Assembly (NCBI GenBank): GCA_964606485.1
Contig: CAZSGP010000002.1
Coordinates: 10,766 to 74,765 of the forward strand
From: an uncultured Planctomycetia bacterium
Lineage (GTDB): Bacteria; Omnitrophota; Gorgyraeia; 2-02-FULL-51-18
Length of the DNA: 64,000 nt
Direction of reading: 5' to 3'
The notes beneath the pieces are model-generated. The model did not search any database, was not told the origin of the DNA, and saw only the letters and a list, made by a program, of their open reading frames with translations. The position numbers and the translations under genes were made by a program. Each line of letters begins with the position of its first letter. Within the stretch, counting starts at the first letter, position 1. This document shows positions 9,901 through 19,648 of this stretch, piece after piece.

Positions 9901-11042
9901 AATTTCTCCGTTTCTTCAATCGCCCAAGCCTGAGCGGATTCTATTTGCGACAATTTCGGGTTCTGAACCACTTTATGACGACTTAAAACTTTTTCAATCA
10001 CGGACGGAATTTTTATAAAATTTATCCGGTCTTCTAGAAAATGCTTCACCGCAACTTCGTCAGCGGCGCTAAGCACGCATGGAGCTGAACCCGCCTGCAA
10101 AGCCGCGGCACGCGCTAAACCTAGACACGGGAATTTTTTTTGGTCCGGCGCTTCAAATGTCAGCGAGGGTATTCTAGCAAAATCAAGATGCAATTGCTTT
10201 GAAACTGCTAGACGCCCAGGGTAAGTCATCGCGTACTGAATGGGCAAGCGCATATCTGTCACACCCGCCTGCGCAATCACCGAACCGTCACAAAATTCCA
10301 CCATCGAGTGAATGACGGCTTCCGGATGCACTAAAACTTGAATCGTATCGATGGAGACGTTAAACAACCAAGCTGCCTCGATCATTTCAAGGCCTTTGTT
10401 CATGAGCGTCGCCGAATCCACCGAGATCTTCTTCCCCATTTTCCATTTCGGGTGATTAATCACAGTTTCTTTAGATAATTTTGAAAAGCGGTTCTTCGGA
10501 ATCGTCCGCAAAGGCCCGCCGCTGCTTGTGAGAATAATTTTATGTAAGTCTTGGCGTCTCTGGCCTTCCAAGCATTGGAAAATAGCATTGTGCTCGCTGT
10601 CTACGGGGATCAGTGACGAAGAAGGGTTTTCCTTCAAAGCCTGCATAACCAGTGATCCTGCCATCACTAAAATTTCTTTATTCGCGAGTGCCACGCGCTT
10701 TCCGCTAGAAATGGCGGATAACACGGAAGACAAGGCGGAGGTGCCGCTCGTGGCCGCAACGAGAATGTCAGCCGATAGAAAATCTGAAAACGACTTAAGC
10801 CCATCAGCTTCGGAAAATATTTTAAGCTTCCGGCCGGACTGACGCAAAAGATCAGCAGCAAGCGTTCTGTCCTTTAAAAAGACGGCCTTTGGATTAAACT
10901 CCTGGATTTGCTTTTGAAGAATTTCAAGATTAGACCCAGCCGCCAAACCCACCACCCGAAACTCAGACGGATTGCGACGAACAACATCGAGTGTATTAAC
11001 CCCAATCGAGCCCGTAGAACCTAAAAGCGTGACGGTTTTCAT
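9885..11042 (-). CDS. dxr: 1-deoxy-D-xylulose 5-phosphate reductoisomerase
   Basis: 385 aa; N-terminal LGSTGSIGVNTLDVV NADPH-binding motif. Confidence 0.93.
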   Translation of the reverse strand: MKTVTLLGSTGSIGVNTLDVVRRNPSEFRVVGLAAGSNLEILQKQIQEFNPKAVFLKDRTLAADLLRQSGRKLKIFSEADGLKSFSDFLSADILVAATSGTSALSSVLSAISSGKRVALANKEILVMAGSLVMQALKENPSSSLIPVDSEHNAIFQCLEGQRRQDLHKIILTSSGGPLRTIPKNRFSKLSKETVINHPKWKMGKKISVDSATLMNKGLEMIEAAWLFNVSIDTIQVLVHPEAVIHSMVEFCDGSVIAQAGVTDMRLPIQYAMTYPGRLAVSKQLHLDFARIPSLTFEAPDQKKFPCLGLARAAALQAGSAPCVLSAADEVAVKHFLEDRINFIKIPSVIEKVLSRHKVVQNPKLSQIESAQAWAIEETEKLCLAR

Positions 11043-11848
11043 AGATAAATTTTTAAGTGAAAATAAAAGATAGGCGCTGTAAACAGAATGCTATCGACGG
11101 CGTCCAGAAATCCGCCCATGCCCGGTAAGATATTTCCGGAATCTTTGGCGTTACAAAAACGCTTCATTAAGGACTCCGACAAATCTCCGATCTGGCCGAC
11201 CACCGCGAAAAGGAAACCGGTGATCGCCAAATGAATCACGGTGAAATCGAGCGGCAAATACGGCTTAAATAAAATTGAGACCACTGTGCTTGCCAGAAGC
11301 CCGCCAATGGTTCCCTCTACGGTTTTTTTGGGACTCACGTGCTTAATAAGACTATGTTTTCCCATTGAGGAACCAATCAGGTACGCGCCGATATCCGCCG
11401 ACTTGGTCACGGCGATCACGTACGCCACCCAAAAAGCACCGTTTTCCAAAAAACGGATTTTGATCATAAAACTTAAAAACCAGCTTACGTACAAGATGAC
11501 AAACAGGGTTAACGCAATTCCGACGAGCGCCTGGGAATTGTCTTTACGGAAAAATTGAAGGACAAATAAAAATAAGCACGCCAGCACCAAAAACAACACT
11601 TCGCCCGAGGCCGTCGTGCCCCACTCCATCAAAACGATGGTTGGAATGATCATGCTCATCGCGACCCCAAAAAGACGATAGCATTGAATTTTGGCGTCCC
11701 TCAAAAGTGTCAAAAACTCAAACGCGCATAAGCCGCAAAAAATCACCACTTCAAGCCCAAACCAAAACGGTGATTTTGCGAATAAAAAGTATGCCGTAGC
11801 ACCAATCAACACTGTGCTCGTGAATATCCTCAAGGCTAGGTTCTTCAT
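11039..11848 (-). CDS. cdsA: Phosphatidate cytidylyltransferase
   Basis: 269 aa polytopic membrane protein with CTP-transferase C-terminal signature; canonical uppS-cdsA-dxr-rseP synteny. Confidence 0.85.
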   Translation of the reverse strand: MKNLALRIFTSTVLIGATAYFLFAKSPFWFGLEVVIFCGLCAFEFLTLLRDAKIQCYRLFGVAMSMIIPTIVLMEWGTTASGEVLFLVLACLFLFVLQFFRKDNSQALVGIALTLFVILYVSWFLSFMIKIRFLENGAFWVAYVIAVTKSADIGAYLIGSSMGKHSLIKHVSPKKTVEGTIGGLLASTVVSILFKPYLPLDFTVIHLAITGFLFAVVGQIGDLSESLMKRFCNAKDSGNILPGMGGFLDAVDSILFTAPIFYFHLKIYL

Positions 11849-12588
11849 ACGCCAATATCTCCAAATCGTCTTTCGCGTTTAGCGTACTCTCGGAGCGCTT
11901 TAAAATAATCTTCCTTTTTAAAATCAGGCCAATATTTCTTAGTGATGTAAATTTCGGCATAAGAGAGCTGCCAGAGCAAGAAATTACTAAGCCGCATCTC
12001 ACCGCTCGTACGGATCAACAGATCCGGGTCCGGAAGTCCAGCGGTGTACAAGTAATTCGCAAAAGTTTGCTCGGTCAGCGTTTTATGACCCTGGCTAAAG
12101 TCATGCGTGCGATCTTCCTCTTCAATAATTTTAGAGACCGCGTCCAAAATTTCAGTACGTGCGCCGTAGTTTAAAGCGATGTTGAGCGATAATTTTTTAT
12201 TAGATTCGGTCATTTTTGAAACCGACTGAAGTTTTGAAACGATTTTATCAGGCAGCCCCTGAGTGCGGCCGAGCGTGCGAAAGCGCACCCCTTCTTTCAT
12301 CATGAGCTTTGCTTCTTTATCGAGAAAAAAATTAAGGAGATTCATTAGAAGCGAGATCTCTTCAAGCGGCCTCTTCCAGTTCTCCTGACTAAAAGCATAC
12401 AGCGTGAGCACGGGAACGCCCGCCTCGATAGAGGCCTTCACCACTTCGCGAACCGTCTCAACGCCCGCTTTATGACCTGCGAAACGAGGAAAACCCCGCT
12501 CTTTGGCCCAGCGGCCATTGCCATCCATAATGATGGCCACGTGGCGCGGAAGCTTATCGGAAGAGAGTTTGTTTTTCATGGGAACCAA
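11845..12588 (-). CDS. uppS: Undecaprenyl diphosphate synthase
   Basis: 247 aa; HVAIIMDGNGRWAKERG and ALNYG...SNFLLWQ motifs. Confidence 0.93.
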   Translation of the reverse strand: MVPMKNKLSSDKLPRHVAIIMDGNGRWAKERGFPRFAGHKAGVETVREVVKASIEAGVPVLTLYAFSQENWKRPLEEISLLMNLLNFFLDKEAKLMMKEGVRFRTLGRTQGLPDKIVSKLQSVSKMTESNKKLSLNIALNYGARTEILDAVSKIIEEEDRTHDFSQGHKTLTEQTFANYLYTAGLPDPDLLIRTSGEMRLSNFLLWQLSYAEIYITKKYWPDFKKEDYFKALREYAKRERRFGDIGV

Positions 12589-13828
12589 TCGACACGATGG
12601 TGATCGGAACCGAGAGGAGCTTAGAGAGTGCGTTTAGATACTTTTTAGCGTTGGCGGGTAGCTCATTAAAAGATTTAGCATTAGATGTATCTTTGCGCCA
12701 ACCCGGAAAATCCCGGTAAATAGGAACACCCTGTTGCTGCATCGTGAGGGATGCCGGAAAATCCTGGTAGACCTTCCCTTTATAGCGGTAACCCACACAT
12801 ATTTTAATTTTTTCTAGATCATCCAGCACATCCAGTTTTGTAACCGCAATTTCTGAAATGCCGTTGACCATGCACGAATACTTCACAAGCACCGCGTCAA
12901 ACCATCCACAGCGACGCGGACGGCCGGTCGTAGCGCCAAATTCTTTTCCTTTTAAACGAATCGCTTCCATTAATTTTGTGTCAAACTCGGTTGGGAAAGG
13001 ACCCTCACCCACGCGTGTCGTGTAGGCTTTCACCACACCCAGAACTTTTCCGAGCGCTGTCGGAGAAACACCAGCACCCACCGCTGCGCCACCCGACGTG
13101 ACATAGCTCGACGTGACAAACGGGTATGTTCCGTGATCCACGTCCAGATGCGTTCCTTGGGCTCCCTCAAAAAGAATACGTTTTTTTTGATCGATCGCCT
13201 TTTTCAGGAAGAGCGCCGTATCACAAACATACGGTTTCATTTGCTTGGCGAAATCCATGTATTCTTTATAAATTTTATTGAAGTCAAATGTTTCGGAGTG
13301 ATAAATTTTTCTAAAAATTTCATTTTTCTCAAGCAGATTTTTTTCAAGTTTTTGCTTGAACACCGGAAGATCGTAAAGATCGCAGACGCGAATTCCAGAG
13401 CGCATAGCCTTGTCGCCGTAGCTTGGCCCAATGCCGCGACCCGTCGTTCCGATCTTAATGAATCCTTTTTTATCTTCACGCAGACGATCGTAGACGCGGT
13501 GATAAGGCATAATCAAGTGAGCGCGATCACTCACAAACAAGCGACCTTCGACAGAAATACCTTTCTTCTTTAAGGTATTCACTTCTTCCATTAACGCCTT
13601 CGGATCCACCACAACGCCGTTTCCGATCACGCATCGAACTTTTGGATGTAGAATTCCCGAGGGAACCAAATGTAAAATAAATTCGCCGCAGGCTTTGATC
13701 ACTGTGTGACCGGCATTGTTCCCACCCTGATAACGGACGACGATATCCGCATCTTTCGATAGAATATCGATAATCTTCCCTTTTCCTTCATCGCCCCATT
13801 GAGCGCCAACCACAACTCGATTCAACAT
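12554..13828 (-). CDS. purA: Adenylosuccinate synthetase (start trimmed to MLNRVVVGAQWGDEGKGK)
   Basis: GAQWGDEGKGK P-loop, GIGPSY and TTGRPRRCGW motifs. Confidence 0.93.
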   Translation of the reverse strand: MLNRVVVGAQWGDEGKGKIIDILSKDADIVVRYQGGNNAGHTVIKACGEFILHLVPSGILHPKVRCVIGNGVVVDPKALMEEVNTLKKKGISVEGRLFVSDRAHLIMPYHRVYDRLREDKKGFIKIGTTGRGIGPSYGDKAMRSGIRVCDLYDLPVFKQKLEKNLLEKNEIFRKIYHSETFDFNKIYKEYMDFAKQMKPYVCDTALFLKKAIDQKKRILFEGAQGTHLDVDHGTYPFVTSSYVTSGGAAVGAGVSPTALGKVLGVVKAYTTRVGEGPFPTEFDTKLMEAIRLKGKEFGATTGRPRRCGWFDAVLVKYSCMVNGISEIAVTKLDVLDDLEKIKICVGYRYKGKVYQDFPASLTMQQQGVPIYRDFPGWRKDTSNAKSFNELPANAKKYLNALSKLLSVPITIVSIGSHEKQTLFR

Positions 13829-13852
13829 TCTTAAAGTCCCTTTACACACACG

Positions 13853-13875
13853 TAGGGGCGCGGTGATCGCGCCCC
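13853..13875 (-). other. Perfect GC-rich hairpin (9-bp stem AGGGGCGCG/CGCGCCCCU, 5-nt loop) in the serA-purA intercistronic gap, with no U-tract
   Basis: Inverted repeat read directly from the sequence. Shares the CGCGCCCCT arm with the leuA terminator hairpin at 44546-44569. Confidence 0.55.
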
Positions 13876-13895
13876 TATCCGGTATGAGGTTAAAA

Positions 13896-15509
13896 TTATA
13901 ATTTAATCAGCTTCGCATCCAAAATATTCTTGGATTTTTTAATTTCTTGCATGATATTTTCGGGAACCGAGCTGTCAATTTTAAGCACGGTTCTCGCTTG
14001 CCCACCCTGAATGTCGCGGCCAAGATTCATGCCGGCGATATTAATGTTGTTCACACCCAAGAGCGTTCCAATTTGTCCAACAATCCCAGGAACGTCTCGG
14101 TTTGAAATTAACAGCATGTAACCATCTGGCTCAATCTCAACATCAAAACCGTCTATCATCACGATCCGCGGATCTTCGCGAGTAAAAAGCGTCCCTGCCA
14201 CCGAAATCTGGCGTTTGTCGGTTTTGATATCGACTTGAATCATATTTGCAAAACTCGTTGGCTCGGAAGATTTGGCATCGGTAATTTTAATGCCGCGTTC
14301 CTTAGCAAGCACGAGGGCATTCACATAATTCACGTTCTCGGCAAGCACCGGCGTTAAAATTCCCTTCACCACAGCCACCACAATGGGTTTGGTTTCAAAG
14401 TTCACCATATCTCCGTGAAAGGAAATATCCACCTGAAGCAAGTGGCCGTCGGTAATCTGCGCTTGAAGCGCGCCCAATTTTTCGCCGAGGGCAATGTAAG
14501 GCTGAAGCTGTTTCAGCACTTCCGGATCCAAGCACGGTACATTCACGGCGTTGCGGATACCGCGACCCAATAAAAAATCGCCCACGCTCTGAGCCACTTC
14601 AACCGAGACAGCAATCTGCGCTTCTTCGGTTGACGCACCCAAATGCGGCGTCATGATCACTTGGGGTATATTTAAAAAAGGATTTGTTTTGGGTGGCTCC
14701 GCTTCGAACACGTCAATGGCTGCTCCGGCAATTTTCTTTTCCAACACCGCCTTGGCAAGAGCTGCCTCATCAATGAGTCCGCCACGAGCGCAGTTAATGA
14801 TGCGGGCTGTTTTTTTCATCTTGGAAAGCTCTTTTTCACCGATCATGTAACGGTTTTCGTTTGTGAGCGGCATGTGAAGGGTTAGAAAATCCGCCTGTTC
14901 AATGATTTGGTCGAGTGGCAAAAGCGTGATCCCCATCTGCTGGGCACGTTCGGGCTTTAGAAACGGGTCAAATGCGATGATTTTCATTCCAAACACTTGC
15001 GCGCGCTTTGCAACTTCGGTGCCAATACGCCCCAAACCTAAAACGCCTAGGGTCTTACCGCGAAGCTCAATACCCGTAAATTTTTTTCGCTCCCACTCGC
15101 CCTTTCGCATGGACGCATCGGCTTGCGTAATGTTGCGCGCCATGGCCATGATCAGACAAAAAGTGTGCTCGGCGGCGGAAATGGTATTGCCGCCCGGTGT
15201 ATTGATGACAACAATTCCGCGCTTGGAGGCCGCTTCCACGTCAACGTTATCCAACCCTACACCCGCACGACCAATCACGCGCAGGTTCTTAGCGACATCA
15301 ATCACCTCTTTGGTGATCTGAGTACCAGAACGCACGACGCAAGCGTCTGCGTCTTCGATTTCTTTTTTGAGATCCGCGATCGGAAGCTTCAGTTTTACGC
15401 AAACATTTAAATTTTTGTCGCGGGAAAAAACTTCTAAACCTTCTGCGGCCAAATCGTCGCAGACTAAAATCTTATAAGTGCTTTTCTGGGTTAAGGTAGC
15501 TTGGCTCAT
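13896..15509 (-). CDS. serA: D-3-phosphoglycerate dehydrogenase
   Basis: 537 aa; 2-hydroxyacid dehydrogenase NAD-binding GLGRIG motif plus C-terminal ASB/ACT regulatory domains. Confidence 0.9.
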   Translation of the reverse strand: MSQATLTQKSTYKILVCDDLAAEGLEVFSRDKNLNVCVKLKLPIADLKKEIEDADACVVRSGTQITKEVIDVAKNLRVIGRAGVGLDNVDVEAASKRGIVVINTPGGNTISAAEHTFCLIMAMARNITQADASMRKGEWERKKFTGIELRGKTLGVLGLGRIGTEVAKRAQVFGMKIIAFDPFLKPERAQQMGITLLPLDQIIEQADFLTLHMPLTNENRYMIGEKELSKMKKTARIINCARGGLIDEAALAKAVLEKKIAGAAIDVFEAEPPKTNPFLNIPQVIMTPHLGASTEEAQIAVSVEVAQSVGDFLLGRGIRNAVNVPCLDPEVLKQLQPYIALGEKLGALQAQITDGHLLQVDISFHGDMVNFETKPIVVAVVKGILTPVLAENVNYVNALVLAKERGIKITDAKSSEPTSFANMIQVDIKTDKRQISVAGTLFTREDPRIVMIDGFDVEIEPDGYMLLISNRDVPGIVGQIGTLLGVNNINIAGMNLGRDIQGGQARTVLKIDSSVPENIMQEIKKSKNILDAKLIKL

Positions 15510-16594
15510 TTTTTAACCGTCGCTTTCTCCAACGCGTCTTTGAACGCCTCGGCGCCCTTTTTCACATTATCCAAATTGCAATAACCCATGTGAGCCATGC
15601 GGACAATCTTCCCCTGAAGCTCGCCCTGACCATCCGCCATGATAACTTGATGCACGTCACGCATATGCTTAATGAGGTCGCCGGACACAACCCCTGCAGG
15701 CACCGTCACCGCGGTTAAACCGCGTGCCGGTGATTTTGAAAATAATCCCAGTCCTAAACCACTCAGCGCCTTCTGCGTATATTGAGAAAGCTCGGAATGC
15801 CGCTTCCACACATTTTCCATGCCTTCTTTGAGCATGAGCTCTAGTGCGACCTCAAGCCCACGCACCAAGCTCACCGCCGGCGTGAAAGGTGTGTCGTTTT
15901 TCTTAAGCGCTTTTATCGTGTCAGCAAAATTAAAATAATATTTGGGCAACGTTGAGGTAGCGATCATTTTCTGCGCGCGTTCATTGAGCGCCACAAAACC
16001 AAGACCCGGAGGAAGCATGAGTCCTTTTTGGCTACCGCAAACCACCACGTCCACTCCCCATTCGTCCATCTTGAGCGGATCGCAACCGAGGCCGCTGATC
16101 GCATCGACCATAAGAATAGCTTGAGAATTTTGAGTCACTTTGGCAATTGCTTCGATCGGATGCGTTACCGCCGTAGATGTTTCGCAAAGCGTGATCAAAA
16201 CACCTTTGGTGTCTGGATTTTTGGCAAGCGCATCTTTGACTTCTTCAGCCGTAAAGGCGAGGCCCGATTCTTTTTCAATGCTAATCACATTCAACCCGTA
16301 AACTTTTGCGATATCGCGGTAGCGTTCGCCCCATTTACCCGCAGAAAATGAAATAACCTTGTCGCCCTTGGAATAAAGATTGATGATGGACGCTTCCATG
16401 GCTCCAGTTCCGGAGGACGCAAACGTGAGCACGGGCTGCTGCGTGTAAAAAACTTTCTGAAGGTCTGCATTCACCTTCTCAAGAATTTGCTGATACTGTT
16501 TCGTGCGATGGTGAATAATCGGTAGCGCCAAGGCCTCACGAACTTGTGGAGGAACCATCGTAGGTCCCGGAGTTAGAAGGATGAATTCTTTCAT
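15506..16594 (-). CDS. Class V aminotransferase (AGXT/SgaA-like); probable non-canonical phosphoserine aminotransferase paired with serA
   Basis: 362 aa; LLTPGPTMVPPQV N-terminus, PLP-lysine region SGSQKGLMLPPG; 4-nt overlap with serA. Confidence 0.75.
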   Translation of the reverse strand: MKEFILLTPGPTMVPPQVREALALPIIHHRTKQYQQILEKVNADLQKVFYTQQPVLTFASSGTGAMEASIINLYSKGDKVISFSAGKWGERYRDIAKVYGLNVISIEKESGLAFTAEEVKDALAKNPDTKGVLITLCETSTAVTHPIEAIAKVTQNSQAILMVDAISGLGCDPLKMDEWGVDVVVCGSQKGLMLPPGLGFVALNERAQKMIATSTLPKYYFNFADTIKALKKNDTPFTPAVSLVRGLEVALELMLKEGMENVWKRHSELSQYTQKALSGLGLGLFSKSPARGLTAVTVPAGVVSGDLIKHMRDVHQVIMADGQGELQGKIVRMAHMGYCNLDNVKKGAEAFKDALEKATVKK

Positions 16595-16610
16595 GGTTTG
16601 ATTCCTTTGT

Positions 16611-17252
16611 TTATTTTTTGAGAAGTCTAATATTTTCGACGACAGAATCTACAACGCCGTAATTTTTTGCTTCCACCGCGGACATGAAATAGTCGCGGTC
16701 CGTATCTTTTTCAATTTTTGCAACATCCTGGCCGGTGTGCCGCGCCAAGATAATGTTCAAATTTTCCTTCATCTTTAAAATTTCTTTCGCTTGAATGTGA
16801 ATATCTGACGCCACGCCCTGCGCGCCGCCCCACGGCTGGTGAATCATCACGCGGGAATTAGGAAGCGCATAGCGCTTACCCTTGGTCCCGGCGCACAATA
16901 GCACCGCACCCATGCTGGCCGCCTGGCCAATACAGTACGTATTCACATCACATTTCAAAAATTGAATGGTGTCATAAATAGCAAGCCCGCTCGTCACCGA
17001 ACCGCCAGGGGAGTTAATGTACAAATGAATGTCCTTCTCAGGCTCTTCCATTTGGAGAAATAAAAGCTGAGCCACCACCAAGTTCGCTACGTTGTCATCA
17101 ATAGGCGTTCCGATGAACAACACGCGATCTTTCAGTAGACGCGAATAAATATCGTACGCCCTCTCGCTACGGCCGGTTTGCTCAATAACCATTGGGACCA
17201 TTATGCTCACGTCGGGCTCCTCTTCGCTTTTAAGACTTGGTTGATGGTTCAT
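16611..17252 (-). CDS. clpP: ATP-dependent Clp protease proteolytic subunit (start trimmed; pro-peptide then [22 protein letters not shown])
   Basis: Ser-His-Asp triad context GQAASMGA and HQPWGG; directly downstream of tig. Confidence 0.93.
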   Translation of the reverse strand: MNHQPSLKSEEEPDVSIMVPMVIEQTGRSERAYDIYSRLLKDRVLFIGTPIDDNVANLVVAQLLFLQMEEPEKDIHLYINSPGGSVTSGLAIYDTIQFLKCDVNTYCIGQAASMGAVLLCAGTKGKRYALPNSRVMIHQPWGGAQGVASDIHIQAKEILKMKENLNIILARHTGQDVAKIEKDTDRDYFMSAVEAKNYGVVDSVVENIRLLKK

Positions 17253-18513
17253 CTTGAAGATTGGCATTCGCCAACAAAAATTCAATCGTCTGAGTTTCGC
17301 GCAGACTTTCGCGCAAATCCTCTTCAAACACGCGGCGCGCTTCATCGATCGGACGCTTGGACTCGAGCGCAATTGCTTCTAAGCGCTGAGCGAGCACAAT
17401 TTCATCCGCTTCAATGGACTCCGCTTCGGATATTTTCTGGAGAATAAAATAAAGCTTCACCTGTTCTTTGGCTTTTTTGGCCGCTTCCTCTTCAATTTTT
17501 GAAAGCTCCTCTTGAAATTTTTGAGGGGTAACTCCCATACGCTCAGCTTGTTTGCGCGACTGATCCACCAAACGCTCTTTTTGTTTGTCGACAAGCTCCG
17601 AAGGAAGATCGAACGAGTACGCTGCGATTAGCTTCTCAAAAAGCTCAACCTTCATTTTTTCCATCGACTCGGTCTTTTTGTATTGCGCGATATCTTTGCG
17701 GACAGCCTCATGAAGTTCTTCAACCGTTTCTTTTCCAAAAATTTTGGCAAACGATTCGTCGAGCGCCGGCAGTTTTCTTTCGCGAATCTCGCGAACGTGA
17801 ACCTTATAAAGCGGCTTCCGTCCAACCACGCCCTTTTCTTTTTCGGCGGCAGTGGGCTCTACCAAAATCTCGCGAACATCATTAATCTGTGCACCAACGA
17901 CTTTTTCGAAGAAATCGTCTTCTGCGTTGGGTTCGGCCTGAAGCAAAACCCCTTTGCGACCAGGCTTAAATTGTCCGTCTTGCCACATTTCGATGTCGCT
18001 CACAATCAAATCCCCTTGGCGAACTGCGCGGGACTCTATCACTGGAATCACTTCGGAGCGAGACTCCAAAAGAGACTTCACCCCTTTTTCAACTTCATGG
18101 ACTTCAACAGCGGCATCTACTTTTTTAAGTTTGATGCCTTTATAATTTTTGACATTCAAATCAGGTTCCCGCTCAAAATCGGCGCTAAAAGATAAATTTT
18201 TACCGCGAACAAAATTAATTTCACCGATTTTTGGAAGAGAAACAGGGACAACTTTCTCTTTTTCCTTCTGCTCAGAAACCGCCTGATGATAAAGCTCCGG
18301 AATCAGGCTTTTAATGGTCTCCTCTTCGGCTTCCTTCGTGTAGCGCTTTTCGACCATTTCGATCGGGGCTTTGCCCTCACGGAATCCTGGAAATTGCGCC
18401 TTTTTCTGAAACTCTTTCAAGATTTCGCCAAAGCGCTGCTCAACGAGCTTTGCCTCAACTTCGATCGTCATCTTAACCTTACAATCTTTTAATTTTTTAA
18501 TGCTTGTTTTCAT
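17230..18513 (-). CDS. tig: Trigger factor
   Basis: 427 aa; N-terminal ribosome-binding domain with GFRxGxxP-type motif ([18 protein letters not shown]), PPIase and C-terminal arms. Confidence 0.92.
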   Translation of the reverse strand: MKTSIKKLKDCKVKMTIEVEAKLVEQRFGEILKEFQKKAQFPGFREGKAPIEMVEKRYTKEAEEETIKSLIPELYHQAVSEQKEKEKVVPVSLPKIGEINFVRGKNLSFSADFEREPDLNVKNYKGIKLKKVDAAVEVHEVEKGVKSLLESRSEVIPVIESRAVRQGDLIVSDIEMWQDGQFKPGRKGVLLQAEPNAEDDFFEKVVGAQINDVREILVEPTAAEKEKGVVGRKPLYKVHVREIRERKLPALDESFAKIFGKETVEELHEAVRKDIAQYKKTESMEKMKVELFEKLIAAYSFDLPSELVDKQKERLVDQSRKQAERMGVTPQKFQEELSKIEEEAAKKAKEQVKLYFILQKISEAESIEADEIVLAQRLEAIALESKRPIDEARRVFEEDLRESLRETQTIEFLLANANLQDEPSTKS

Positions 18514-18521
18514 TTTCTCTC

Positions 18522-18851
18522 TTATTCTTCCGAGGCTTTTGACTTCGCCGTGTACCGACGCGCTTTGTGGTCGCGGACTTTATCATGTTTGCGTTGTATC
18601 TGAATTTGTGCTTTTCCGAAGCATTTGTCGAAAGCGGCATACATATCATCCGCCTGATCCTTAGCAGCGAGCCTCAGGTTCTTGCCGGACAACTCGATTT
18701 CGACCATTTGTCGGAACTTTTGAACATCCAAAATAACGTGTGCTTTCTCAATCTTTAAGGAATATTTATCCAGCCGCTCAAGTTTTTCACTGATGTACTC
18801 CTTGAGTGGTTCTGTAACTTGAAAGTGACGTGCGCTAATATCAATCTTCAT
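18522..18851 (-). CDS. hpf: Ribosome hibernation promoting factor (HPF/RaiA, short form); start at internal M with AGGAGG SD
   Basis: MKIDISARHFQVTEPLKEYI...; perfect Shine-Dalgarno (TAGGAGGTCTTATG) before the 18851 start. The longer ORF to 18884 is taken as an extension. Confidence 0.9.
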   Translation of the reverse strand: MKIDISARHFQVTEPLKEYISEKLERLDKYSLKIEKAHVILDVQKFRQMVEIELSGKNLRLAAKDQADDMYAAFDKCFGKAQIQIQRKHDKVRDHKARRYTAKSKASEE

Positions 18852-18872
18852 AAGACCTCCTAACAAACAACG

Positions 18873-18891
18873 GGCGACCTTCAAGGCCGCC
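18873..18891 (-). promoter_or_regulatory. Hairpin in hpf 5' UTR (GGCGGCC-UUGAA-GGUCGCC, one G-U pair)
   Basis: Inverted repeat in the 74-bp lptB-hpf gap, followed by a U-rich stretch CGUUGUUUGUU. Confidence 0.35.
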
Positions 18892-18908
18892 GCTACCGGA
18901 AAAGCGTT

Positions 18909-18937
18909 ATATTAACACAATCCCATTACATCGTAAA
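18909..18937 (-). promoter_or_regulatory. Putative sigma70-type promoter for hpf (TTTACG-17-TGtTAATAT extended -10) overlapping the lptB 3' end
   Basis: Hexamers and spacing read on the minus strand. Confidence 0.35.
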
Positions 18938-19648
18938 CTTCTCACCCAGATAGATTTTTCGCGCCTCGCGGCTTGCCAAAAGTTCGTCGCGCGTGCCCGA
19001 GATTAGAATCTTACCTTCGTACATGATATAGGCGCGGTCCGTAATTGCGAGTGTCTCGCGCACATTGTGGTCAGTGAGCAAAATGGCGAGCCCCTTGCGT
19101 TTTAACTCCAAGATAAGGTGCTGGCAATCCGAAACAGCGATTGGATCAATTCCTGAAAAGGGTTCATCTAGAAGTAGGCACAAAGGGTGCGTGACCAGTG
19201 CGCGGGTGATTTCAAGCCTGCGGCGCTCCCCGCCCGATAAGGTGTAAGCGCGTGCTTTTCGTAATTTTGCCATCCCAAGCTCATTGAGCAATTCCTCAAG
19301 TCGCTTCTGTCGCTCCGCCCTTGGTAGATCGAGCGTCTCTAAAATAGCCATAATATTTTCTTCGACGGTTAGCTTTCGAAATATGGAAGGCTCTTGGGAC
19401 AAATACCCTAAACCCAGCTGAGCGCGGCGGTGAATCGGATACTGACTGATGTCGCGGTGATCAAACAAAATTGAGCCGCTGTCCGGTTTCACAATTCCCG
19501 TCACCATATAAAAGGAAGTGGTTTTGCCGGCGCCATTAGGGCCTAAGAGCCCCACGACTTCGCCCGGGTTAATCGTAAGATCGACACCGCTGACGACGGA
19601 CCTGCCGCCATAGGATTTTTTAAGACCTTTAGCTTCCAAAAGGGACAT
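18926..19648 (-). CDS. lptB: LPS export ABC transporter ATP-binding protein LptB (start trimmed to MSLLEAKGLKKSYGG)
   Basis: Walker A GPNGAGKTT, signature LSGGERRRLEI, Walker B LLLDEPFSGID. About 241 aa once the spurious 5' extension to 19867 is removed. Confidence 0.92.
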   Translation of the reverse strand: MSLLEAKGLKKSYGGRSVVSGVDLTINPGEVVGLLGPNGAGKTTSFYMVTGIVKPDSGSILFDHRDISQYPIHRRAQLGLGYLSQEPSIFRKLTVEENIMAILETLDLPRAERQKRLEELLNELGMAKLRKARAYTLSGGERRRLEITRALVTHPLCLLLDEPFSGIDPIAVSDCQHLILELKRKGLAILLTDHNVRETLAITDRAYIMYEGKILISGTRDELLASREARKIYLGEKFTM

